Below, in pieces: positions 9,916 to 18,021 of a stretch of DNA of 64,000 nt. The notes beneath the pieces were generated by a model. That model was not told where the DNA came from, searched no databases, and saw only the letters and a program-made list of their open reading frames with translations. Made by a program: the position numbers and the translations under genes. The stretch is from IMG/VR virus record IMGVR_UViG_3300028735_000003, positions 62,001 to 126,000 of that record, one strand, 5' to 3'. Positions within the stretch are counted from its first letter, which is position 1; each line of letters starts with the position of its first letter.

Positions 9916-10380
9916 TTAATACTTTAAGGGTCTCCCACAATGTAGACTCCAACAATGAGTCGCGTCTACATCGTTCATTTTACCACAATGTGGGCATGGA
10001 ATTTCTTTTTTGCCAGAAATTTGTTCTGGCTTCCCAATTCCATTATTCACATGCTTATGAAAAACTTTCTTTCTATAGATAGATATAAAAATCAAACTCT
10101 CATTCAAATTGAGAGTACCATTGTCTTCTATATTATCGAATTCATCAATAGCACAGTAATAATTTCCATTGTCCACCAGTTCTTTGATCCTGGTGTAAAT
10201 TTCATGTTCCTTCACATTCGAAGGATCATCAAAATCATTATTTTTGAACCAATTGTTCATTTCATCAATAGCAGCGAATATTGCAGACTCTTCTGTATCA
10301 TGAATAAAGTGATTGCTATCATCACCGCACTCATCTACAACCTCCAGAACATACACATGATCAATTGTGTAGGTATCCAT
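9916..10380 (-). CDS. hypothetical protein with C-terminal zinc ribbon, paralog 2
   Basis: Start set at MDTYTIDHV after GGAG; aligns along its length with 8899..9372. Confidence 0.7.
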   Translation of the reverse strand: MDTYTIDHVYVLEVVDECGDDSNHFIHDTEESAIFAAIDEMNNWFKNNDFDDPSNVKEHEIYTRIKELVDNGNYYCAIDEFDNIEDNGTLNLNESLIFISIYRKKVFHKHVNNGIGKPEQISGKKEIPCPHCGKMNDVDATHCWSLHCGRPLKY

Positions 10381-10397
10381 TTTTTTCTCCAACTTTA

Positions 10398-10476
10398 GGT
10401 GCTTCGTAGCAGAGTCGAACTGCTTTCTACGGATTGAAAAGTAAATCCGCCGATAGATACAATAGTCTAACGACAC
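10398..10476 (-). ncRNA. tRNA-like element with 12-nt anticodon loop
   Basis: T arm AGCAG-TTCGACT-CTGCT, 3' ACGAAGCACC, stem GCGGA/TCCGT enclosing TTTACTTTTCAA; paralogous to 8135..8202. Confidence 0.6.
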
Positions 10477-10579
10477 AATAATACATATAGCTATATTATT
10501 ACAAGCGCAGCTTCATATGAATTACCATTTATCTATAAGATAACCCCAACGATTATTCCGAAAATTATGTTCCTTTACT

Positions 10580-11509
10580 TTAGTAAATAGTAGGATCTTC
10601 TGTTCCACATTTCCAGCAAGGTGTTTCACCGGCATTCAAACCTGTCCCACAACACTTGCACGGATGGTCATTCTTGTTCTCGACTACAAAAGTTTCTTGG
10701 TGAAAATAGTTGTTTTCACACTCTTCACAATCGTCACAATCACAATCGTCACCATCACAATAGTCACAATCACAATCGTCACCATCACAATCATTACAAG
10801 AAGAATTCAGCATGTCTGACTGACTCTCATGAACATATACAGACCATTTCGTATGAAACTGCCCAGATTCATCTAGATTGAAAAGGTACCTGTTGATACC
10901 TTTTTCCTCCAACTCTCTGGCAATATCTTCTGGTGAGTCTGTCTGACCAAAATGTAACCCGGTTGTATATGAATTCTTATTCACTCTAATATACCCATAG
11001 TCAGACGGATCAAGATCTTTGATAGGATTTGCCTTCTGCGAATTCCCCTCAAATTCCTCAAAATAAGAGGAGGCGTCTTCTTTTATACATTCAACACACG
11101 ACAAATCACAGTCGATGTCTGAAAAATGATATGAAGGTGTCCAACCATATGAATCAGGTTGAATTCGAATGAGCTTTGAACAGTGATCACAAACTGACCA
11201 CTCATCATCCCACTCGCACTCAATACCCATTTTTTCAAATAGCTTGCCAACTCTATTTGGCAAGTCACTTACAAGCTTTCGCGTATGCGTATTGTAATCA
11301 TAACTGGTGATTGTATTCCAATCACCAGTCGCTACTATTCCGCATGCTGGAGTGTCATATCCAGGTTCAGCATAACCATGATGGTGTAGCCGAATCCCTT
11401 CAATTCTATTCTCAACAGAAATAGAAATAGATTTCGCCATATTCTTGGCGATATTCAGAATACGTTCTGCTCGAAGAGCAATGTTCTTGTTTCGTTCGTC
11501 AGAGTTCAT
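10580..11509 (-). CDS. hypothetical protein with Asp/Cys-rich repeat and C-terminal zinc ribbon
   Basis: 309 aa; CNDCDGDDCDCDYCDGDDCDCDDCEEC; ends CKCCG...CWKCG. Confidence 0.75.
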   Translation of the reverse strand: MNSDERNKNIALRAERILNIAKNMAKSISISVENRIEGIRLHHHGYAEPGYDTPACGIVATGDWNTITSYDYNTHTRKLVSDLPNRVGKLFEKMGIECEWDDEWSVCDHCSKLIRIQPDSYGWTPSYHFSDIDCDLSCVECIKEDASSYFEEFEGNSQKANPIKDLDPSDYGYIRVNKNSYTTGLHFGQTDSPEDIARELEEKGINRYLFNLDESGQFHTKWSVYVHESQSDMLNSSCNDCDGDDCDCDYCDGDDCDCDDCEECENNYFHQETFVVENKNDHPCKCCGTGLNAGETPCWKCGTEDPTIY

Positions 11510-11517
11510 GTTTTCGC

Positions 11518-11898
11518 CTACTCTTTTGTGTGCCCATCAAACCAAGGACCATACAATCTGGTCCTTCTCTTTCCTGCCGCTTTTGTGCAGGTACTTGAAG
11601 AGGTTTCCGGATCACTGCAATGCTCTTTCGCCTCTTCAAGAGTAAGTCCACGCTTTATTGTGATATTCCTGCAACTTTTGAAAAAAACTCGGAAAACTTT
11701 GTATGTTTCCATTGTGTACCCATCAAACCAAGGACCATACAATCTGGTCCTTCTCTTTCCTGCCGCTTTTGTGCAGGTACTTGAAGAGGTTTCCGGATCA
11801 CTGCAATGCTCTTTCGCCTCTTCAAGAGTAAGTCCACGCTTTATTGTGATATTCCTTCTACTCTCGAAAAAAAATCTAACGACTTTGTATGTTTCCAT
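11518..11898 (-). CDS. hypothetical protein made of two fused copies of a 62-aa unit
   Basis: 186-bp direct repeat (offset 11533 vs 11719). Confidence 0.7.
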   Translation of the reverse strand: METYKVVRFFFESRRNITIKRGLTLEEAKEHCSDPETSSSTCTKAAGKRRTRLYGPWFDGYTMETYKVFRVFFKSCRNITIKRGLTLEEAKEHCSDPETSSSTCTKAAGKRRTRLYGPWFDGHTKE

Positions 11899-11911
11899 GT
11901 TTTACCTGCTT

Positions 11912-12355
11912 TTATGGGTGGCAGAAACTATTTGTAGACTTGTTCTTTCGAACATATCGCCGCCAAAAATTATTGATCTTTCGGTCCAAATCAGATTTGT
12001 CCCGAAACTCATATCTACCATTTTCGTCCCAAAATTCAACAAAATCATCTACACTTGGGTGCAACCAAGAATGACAAGATGTCTTGCGATTCTCCTTATT
12101 ACATTTCAATAACTCCATACGAGTCACACCACTAGGTGATTCAGAGTCGAAAAACTTACCATACTGGTATGCAAACGCATGTGTATCATTGGAGTACAAT
12201 GAAACATCCTTATATAGGATGTACGCAATATACGCCCAACGATAACAATCCCCTTTGTTTATCTCTGATTCCATACCAACCATCTCTGGGAAAAATTCAC
12301 GAGTAATCAACTTCCCATCGATTTTACCTGGAAGTTTACCTGGAAGTTTACGCAT
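11912..12355 (-). CDS. hypothetical protein
   Basis: 147 aa; AGGAG RBS. Confidence 0.65.
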   Translation of the reverse strand: MRKLPGKLPGKIDGKLITREFFPEMVGMESEINKGDCYRWAYIAYILYKDVSLYSNDTHAFAYQYGKFFDSESPSGVTRMELLKCNKENRKTSCHSWLHPSVDDFVEFWDENGRYEFRDKSDLDRKINNFWRRYVRKNKSTNSFCHP

Positions 12356-12385
12356 GAATGTTCTCCTAGTTTTATGGTTTTGCTA

Positions 12386-12619
12386 TCAATATGGTTGATA
12401 ACAATTCTTCCATTCTTCAGAAGAATTGTACCAACAATACCACGTTCTATTACCACTTGGAGAAATTGTCTCGGCATACCAATTATGTTTATATACCAGT
12501 TGCAGCATTAGTCCAGATCCACTTGGAAGTGAATCCATACCATGCTGCTTTAGCATCCACTTTAGCCGTAAATGCACATGTGCAATGTGCATAAATAATT
12601 CGATCTGAGAAGAATCCAT
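12386..12619 (-). CDS. hypothetical protein
   Basis: 77 aa; AAGG upstream. Confidence 0.5.
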   Translation of the reverse strand: MDSSQIELFMHIAHVHLRLKWMLKQHGMDSLPSGSGLMLQLVYKHNWYAETISPSGNRTWYCWYNSSEEWKNCYQPY

Positions 12620-12622
12620 ACC

Positions 12623-12844
12623 TTATGTTGCCTTCTCAAATTTAGAGAAATATTCAATAATTCCTGTGCGAATCGCATTCACAGTTGCCGCATTCCACCT
12701 GTAGCTTCTTGCATCATATTCCAGATTTGCATACGCAACTATCAAATTTTGATTCACACCAACCGTAAACAGGAAGTTTCGGACAGCTACTGCCTTCACT
12801 CCCCTTCTCGACGCCAATTGCTCAATTCTCTCTGTTGTCAACAT
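12623..12844 (-). CDS. hypothetical protein
   Basis: 73 aa MLTTERIEQLASRRGVK. Confidence 0.6.
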   Translation of the reverse strand: MLTTERIEQLASRRGVKAVAVRNFLFTVGVNQNLIVAYANLEYDARSYRWNAATVNAIRTGIIEYFSKFEKAT

Positions 12845-12880
12845 TATTATACCTATAAAAGCATAAAAAAGAGAGAATAC

Positions 12881-13282
12881 CTATTCATATCTTGGTCGAA
12901 GCGTTGGACGCGCTGGATGATCTTCCAGGCAGACGATTATATCCATGCCTCCCAAAACTGAATAAATGTTCCCATTACGCCTGTGCCCATACAAATCTTC
13001 TAGATATCTACGAAACCAATCAACCTTTTCAGGATTGATGGGTTGCAACTCATAATCCCACTTGTCCGGACCGGCAACCGAAATTGCCTTTACCGGAATT
13101 GAGGCAACAGGGTTACGGTGGTTGTACCACCAACCACCTTCTTCCGGTCCGCCATAATGCCGGGTAATCTCATATGCATTCACATACATAAGAGATTCTG
13201 CACCGGGTTTTACATACCCTTCAGGCGGATAATCATCATCATATTGATGATCATAATCACAATCACAATCATAATCGCACAT
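12881..13282 (-). CDS. hypothetical protein
   Basis: 133 aa, YGGPEEGGWWY motif; GGAG RBS. Confidence 0.7.
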   Translation of the reverse strand: MCDYDCDCDYDHQYDDDYPPEGYVKPGAESLMYVNAYEITRHYGGPEEGGWWYNHRNPVASIPVKAISVAGPDKWDYELQPINPEKVDWFRRYLEDLYGHRRNGNIYSVLGGMDIIVCLEDHPARPTLRPRYE

Positions 13283-13301
13283 TATCGTTTCTCCATATCA
13301 G

Positions 13302-13352
13302 TGCGGTTCAAAAGTCTACACCTGTTTTACTCCACCGTTCCTGGAAACCAAA
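13302..13352. repeat. 51-bp exact repeat, copy 1 (copy 2 at 14497-14547)
   Basis: TGCGGTTCAAAAGTCTACACCTGTTTTACTCCACCGTTCCTGGAAACCAAA identical at both sites, non-coding. Confidence 0.9.
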
Positions 13353-13436
13353 CAAAACAAACATGTATAGACCCGTGAGGCGAACCCCAAAATGGCGGGA
13401 ACCCAATCCAATAGTCCCCCTTTGCATTAGACGTGG

Positions 13437-13602
13437 ATACCATAATCCAAACAAAGTTTGGACTGGTCTAGTCCCATACACACAATCTCTTATGTGTATG
13501 GGGACTGGTTTTACAAGAAAACAACATGATTCCAATACTAAACCAGCAAATATACCGGAATCTAAGTCTATGACAATGTTCAGAATGGTCCTGCCCATAC
13601 TG
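13437..13602. repeat. about 165-bp near-identical structured repeat, copy 1 (copy 2 at 13871-14036)
   Basis: Direct comparison, about 2 differences in the non-coding part; contains several hairpins. Confidence 0.9.
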
Positions 13603-13768
13603 AAACATTGTCTCTTACAACAACAAGAATCTCATCCATGTCCTCAACATGGATATTTTTTCCGCGCATGTATTCAAGGACATCCTCTTTCTTCTGGAGA
13701 CAAAGACTGTCAGGAGCCTTGCATGAAACCGTAATATCGCCGTCAAACGATACACAGATAAGTACCAT
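13580..13768 (-). CDS. 62-aa hypothetical protein, paralog 1 of 3
   Basis: MVLICVSFDGDITVSCKAPDSL...DEILVVVRDNVSVWAGPF; AAGGAG RBS. Confidence 0.65.
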   Translation of the reverse strand: MVLICVSFDGDITVSCKAPDSLCLQKKEDVLEYMRGKNIHVEDMDEILVVVRDNVSVWAGPF

Positions 13769-14013
13769 GATCGTTCTCCTTCCACGCTGAAAACTAGACA
13801 TATATGTATAGACCAGTGGGGAGACCCCCAAAATGGCGGAGACTAAATCTAGTATCACTTTTATACATAAATACCATAATCCAAACAAAGTTTGGACGGG
13901 TCTAGTCCCATACACACAATCTCTTATGTGTATGGGGACTGGTTTTACAAGAAAACAACATGATTCCAATACTAAACCAGCAAATATACCGGAATCTAAG
14001 TCTATAACAATGT

Positions 14014-14205
14014 TCAGAATGGTCTTGTCCATACTGTCACATTGTCATCCACAATAACAAGGATTTCATCAAGGTCATCCGTACTTACGCCTCTTTCTGC
14101 ACAGAGGAATTGAATTACATCCTCCTTTTTCTGGAAACGGAGGCTATACGGAGCCTTACACGAAAAGGTAGCATTATGGTCAAAAGACACACCGACGATA
14201 ACCAT
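14014..14205 (-). CDS. 63-aa hypothetical protein, paralog 2 of 3
   Basis: ...SCKAPYSL...DEILVIVDDNVTVWTRPF; AGGAG RBS. Confidence 0.65.
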   Translation of the reverse strand: MVIVGVSFDHNATFSCKAPYSLRFQKKEDVIQFLCAERGVSTDDLDEILVIVDDNVTVWTRPF

Positions 14206-14231
14206 GACAACTCTCCTATTGTTTGTAAAGT

Positions 14232-14426
14232 TCAGAATGGTCCTGACAATACTGTAATATTGTCGTTGACAATGACCAGAATCTCATCCGTGTCTTCCAG
14301 TGTAACATTATTTGTACGCAAATACTCAAGGATAGCCTCTTTCTTCTGAAGATCCTGAAGACAAAGACTGTCCGTAGCTTTGCATGAAACTGTGGCATCG
14401 CCATCAAGCTCATAAATGAGAACCAT
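14232..14426 (-). CDS. 64-aa hypothetical protein, paralog 3 of 3
   Basis: ...SCKATDSL...DEILVIVNDNITVLSGPF; AGGAG RBS. Confidence 0.65.
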   Translation of the reverse strand: MVLIYELDGDATVSCKATDSLCLQDLQKKEAILEYLRTNNVTLEDTDEILVIVNDNITVLSGPF

Positions 14427-14682
14427 AATATCTCTCCTAGTTGGAATATAAACAAATGTTTGGAAACAGGTTCGACCGCCTATATGAGCTTTTCATTGCG
14501 GTTCAAAAGTCTACACCTGTTTTACTCCACCGTTCCTGGAAACCAAATATATTGTCTTTCAAATTGGAAGGAACACGGTCAGGCTCGATATCGATTCGAC
14601 CGTTTCCCACGTATATTATACGTGTGCATTCTCCCAAGATCACGCATGCAAAATCTTGGGAATAAGCCTATCACATTCCTAG

Positions 14683-14745
14683 TGGGACCAGCCGGATTCG
14701 AACCGACATTTATTCCTTTACCCTAATCATTAGGGCAATGGTCCC
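14683..14745 (-). ncRNA. tRNA-like element lacking an anticodon arm
   Basis: Perfect acceptor GGGACCA/TGGTCCC+A, D-like arm GCCC...GGGT, T arm GTCGG-TTCGAAT-CCGGC; only 12 unpaired nt (AAAGGAATAAAT) between D and T arms. Confidence 0.7.
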
Positions 14746-14824
14746 AAAAGTACATGAACCTATAAGCTTCGGAAGAAAGGGGAATGAAACGGTTCTTATT
14801 CCATTCCCACACACCTACTATGTA

Positions 14825-15205
14825 CTACTTATCTTCCCGCTGGTCGGACCAGCGGGACACTCCGCCACCCTTTCCCTTTCCAATATGGAAAAGGGCGCCG
14901 GATTCACGGGCTCCGGCACGGTCCCGAACATAATTCTGAACTTTTTCAGAAAGAATTCGGAAGTTTTCCGGCTGAACGTTCAGCCTTTGGAGCGAATAGT
15001 TCACCAGGGCAGGCATATTGATCCTAGCCCCAGGGAACTGATCGAAGACAGCATTGACCGCGGCTCCAACCGCTTCATTTTCAGTTTCCATTTCAGCTTG
15101 AAAAGCCAAAAGGTCCTTGGCAAACTTCGCACAAGTAGCATCGAGGTCGATGCTGCCGTTCCCAGCACGCACAACGTAAGTATTGAGGTTGATCGCAGTA
15201 TTCAT
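14825..15205 (-). CDS. hypothetical protein
   Basis: Start set at MNTAINLNTY after GAAGGAG; GC-rich codon usage; GKGKGGGV motif. Confidence 0.75.
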   Translation of the reverse strand: MNTAINLNTYVVRAGNGSIDLDATCAKFAKDLLAFQAEMETENEAVGAAVNAVFDQFPGARINMPALVNYSLQRLNVQPENFRILSEKVQNYVRDRAGARESGALFHIGKGKGGGVSRWSDQREDK

Positions 15206-15430
15206 GACGAACTCCTTCTCTACGATGAATCTGGCGCTTGCCATGCTGAATCTTGACTCAATTCAAGATTCATTGACTCGCGCCTTCCTAGCACTTCCGC
15301 CCGAACGCCGTTACATGATGGGAACGTCAACCCGTTCCCGTTGCCTTGCCTTGCCTTGCGTTCGTCGCACCTTGGCGTTGTCTATGTTTCATGATGGGAT
15401 CGTTATGCGCCGCATATAATAAGGTTTCGT

Positions 15431-15746
15431 AGCAAAAACTATGCCAACTATACTTCGGCACGATTCTTGCTACGCACGAACACATGACCAATTTGGCATA
15501 TACTTTGCTTCTTTGCAATATACATGCCGTTTTGTATGGCACGATGTTTGCACTTTGCAAACGTTATGCCACCATATATCGTGACACTACATTGCCATAT
15601 ATTGTCATATATTGCCAACAAATATGGCACGAAGTTTGCACCTTTGCAAATGTTATGCCATCAATCGTGAAACTACATTGCTATATATTGTCATATAGTG
15701 TCACGCAAACATGGCACGACGTTTGCACTTTGCAAACGCTATGCCA
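15431..15746. promoter_or_regulatory. sigma54 -24/-12 cluster 1 (10 sites, both strands; includes an 87-88 bp tandem repeat)
   Basis: GG-N10-GC 16-mers at 15431(-), 15456(+), 15494(+), 15514(-), 15537(+), 15556(-), 15625(+), 15645(-), 15712(+), 15731(-), e.g. TGGCACGATGTTTGCA. Confidence 0.85.
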
Positions 15747-16206
15747 CATGATAATTCACCTCTTGTGAAAAGAGGTGCTGGTAAGTGCGGGCGAATAAAA
15801 ATCCGCCATAGTTTATCGTGAACTAGATAACGAAAAACTCTTACTGAGAGAAAGAGGTTCAATCCTCTTCTTCACCCCAGTCCTCGTTTTTCCAGTTTTT
15901 CATAGAATCCTTATGAGCTTTACTCATGCGTCGGGGCTTTTGTGCTTCGCCCCTTGCGACTGAAAGCGCAAAAAGATTGCGCCGACGTTTACGCGGTAAT
16001 TCGATTCTAAAAGACCGATCGCCTTTATGAGTAGCCATTTATCTACTCCTTTTCAAACAAGATTGGGACGCTAAAGCGCCCCAACACTACACCTTACTTC
16101 AAGGAAGTGACGGTTACCAGAACGAACCACAAACTCACTCAAATCGATCTTTCTCATGGGCTTACCCTTTCCTTCAAATCCTGTTTCATGATGGGCTGAT
16201 GTACAA

Positions 16207-16791
16207 TCAGCCCCGCGAGAACGCCACCTTGGATTGACGCACCTTCACGCCGAATCCAAGGTTGCCGTTAGACGGATGGCTCACTTTATGCACAGCCATC
16301 CGCGGCTTCTCAAAAAGACGAGAAAACGATTCATCGCGGCGAATAATATCCGTCGCGTGTTCGGGGTTAGCACACCTGTTCGAATGTACTTCCCCGAAAT
16401 AATCGGGGGGAGACTCAAACAGTCGGCGGTCAATCCAATCAATCGCCCTTTGATAAAGGGCAAACTCCTTTTCCAAAGCTTTACCCTGTTCATCACGGGC
16501 AACCTCCCCCGTGCCACGACGAATCGTGGCAACAAAGGGATATTCCACCTTTCTCGGCTTGTTCATGCCCGTATGGGCACTAGCCAAGATATGATCAAGA
16601 ACGACCCTTTTCAATTCAGTCAAAGCTGGCGTGGGAAGCAACTCCCCACTTTCCAGCTTCTTTACAATTGAAGCCGTCGCGTAAGACACTTCCGAATCCG
16701 AAGCGAGAAGGTACTCACGATGCGCTTGAAAAAAAGCAAGCGCACTAACCTTTGGAGAATTGGCTTTGTGCAGAAGCCTACGCGGTGTCAT
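16207..16791 (-). CDS. hypothetical protein
   Basis: 194 aa, GGAAGGGAG RBS, junction motif upstream. Confidence 0.7.
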   Translation of the reverse strand: MTPRRLLHKANSPKVSALAFFQAHREYLLASDSEVSYATASIVKKLESGELLPTPALTELKRVVLDHILASAHTGMNKPRKVEYPFVATIRRGTGEVARDEQGKALEKEFALYQRAIDWIDRRLFESPPDYFGEVHSNRCANPEHATDIIRRDESFSRLFEKPRMAVHKVSHPSNGNLGFGVKVRQSKVAFSRG

Positions 16792-16843
16792 GGCTAACTC
16801 CCTTCCTTTCCCTCTATCCCACTTCCGTGTTTAATGATGGGAA

Positions 16844-17026
16844 CTACTTGCTCCCACCAAAGAGCAGTCCGACGATCATGACCAGTGCACTAGCGCCGAC
16901 CGACCATCGGACAGATACTCCTTCAAAGTACTGTGCCATGATGGGAAACTGTGGGATCAGGAAAAAATTGATGGCACAAAAAATGCATGCGGACAAAATC
17001 GCCCAAAGTACCAACAGCTTCCACAT
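16844..17026 (-). CDS. small two-helix membrane protein
   Basis: MWKLLVLWAIL...; GGAGG RBS; two hydrophobic segments. Confidence 0.65.
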   Translation of the reverse strand: MWKLLVLWAILSACIFCAINFFLIPQFPIMAQYFEGVSVRWSVGASALVMIVGLLFGGSK

Positions 17027-17196
17027 ATCCGCCTCCAACTGTTTTATGATGGGTAGAACGTTCTACCCTTATTGCAACAGCACATTGACGTTCACACCTT
17101 ACTAGGTGTTTCCTAACGCCCGTCAAGTTGCGTTGCACCACCCACAATGTATTGTTTCATGATGGGATCGTTGCAATACATATAAAAGATATAACT

Positions 17197-17437
17197 TGGC
17201 ATGCTTATTGCAGACGGTTCTAACGTAGCACGCGAATTGCTACGTTGCAAAGCTCATGCCATCATATTCACGTGCAAGTATCGTACCATATACAAGTTAT
17301 GCAAGTATCATACCATATGCAAATATCATGCCAAATAATTATTCATTAGTTTCATTGATATGATAAACTTGGATATAATGAACTTTTCGTGAAAAACTTG
17401 GCTGGTATATCGTTTGCACCTTGCAAATTCAATGCCA
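17197..17437. promoter_or_regulatory. sigma54 -24/-12 cluster 2 (7 sites plus 1 variant)
   Basis: 17197(+), 17246(-), 17273(-), 17300(-), 17318(-), 17403(+), 17422(-); AG-N10-GC variant at 17226(+). Confidence 0.85.
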
Positions 17438-17505
17438 ACCTGAACAAAGAAACACAAAACTCCCGCTCATCAATTAGATGGCGAGATCAATTAGTAACGG
17501 GTTAG

Positions 17506-17841
17506 TTACACGTTGCGCTTACTCAACCAAGCAGCGCAACTGCCTTCACGGATGAGACGAACAATCTCATCCGTCAGAGGTGACCCGACTTCGGTATGAT
17601 ATCCTTGCATGGCAAGGATATCAACCTCCCGAGACGTAATCTCGGGAGAATACGTATTCCTTTCGAATTCGCGCAAGGCTTCACGCGCCTTGCGCGCGTT
17701 TTCCCGCGTTCCAATAAGCGCGGACTCAGCCCTTTCAAGGGCTTTCCTCGCCCGAGCTACGGCTTCTCGGGCGAACGCCTCATCCTCGGCTGCCTGCACG
17801 CAGGCAGCCTTGAGCCCTTCTAGAGTAGGTCTTATATTCAT
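17506..17841 (-). CDS. coiled-coil hypothetical protein
   Basis: Start set at MNIRPTL; Ala/Arg/Glu-rich helix. Confidence 0.65.
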   Translation of the reverse strand: MNIRPTLEGLKAACVQAAEDEAFAREAVARARKALERAESALIGTRENARKAREALREFERNTYSPEITSREVDILAMQGYHTEVGSPLTDEIVRLIREGSCAAWLSKRNV

Positions 17842-17922
17842 TTTATGCCTTCTTCGGTGTTGTGTTAGCGGCACCTTGACGCCAACTATGTTTCATGATG
17901 GGACGCGAACACCTGTTTTTCA

Positions 17923-18021
17923 TGGCACACACTTTGCTACTTTGCAAACAATATGCCTACCAAAACACAATGCAAGCAATTGACTTGACAATTGCTTGCA
18001 CTTACTAGCACGCTTCTTGCT
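17923..18021. promoter_or_regulatory. sigma54 cluster 3 (2 sites plus 1 variant) and a 12-bp inverted repeat
   Basis: 17923(+) TGGCACACACTTTGCT, 17943(-) AGGCATATTGTTTGCA, variant 18006(+); TGCAAGCAATTG-N6-CAATTGCTTGCA at 17971-18000. Confidence 0.75.

Noticed and set aside
13302-13352. SAH-riboswitch-like or tRNA-like reading of the 51-bp repeat
   Set aside because: Only a short partial resemblance; the required pairings are missing.
15537-15746. CRISPR array (palindromic 35-bp repeats with about 52-bp spacers)
   Set aside because: Spacers are homologous to each other, repeat copies vary, half-sites occur alone, and no cas genes are in the window; the sigma54 consensus explains the repeats better.
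15327-15768. ORFs 15327..15560, 15448..15630, 15484..15768
   Set aside because: They run through the sigma54 repeat cluster, lack RBSs and look like chance frames; only the 21-codon uORF end is noted.
15755-15885. tRNA or tmRNA-like element on + (AGAGG-TTCAAT-CCTCT...CACCCCA)
   Set aside because: No convincing acceptor, D or anticodon arms; the segment is the reverse complement of a minus-strand reading frame end (WGEEED-stop) plus a terminator-like hairpin.
15855-16040. ArfA-like small basic protein (MATHKG...RRRNLFAL / RKGEAQKPRR)
   Set aside because: Needs a frameshift to be contiguous and the similarity is only compositional.
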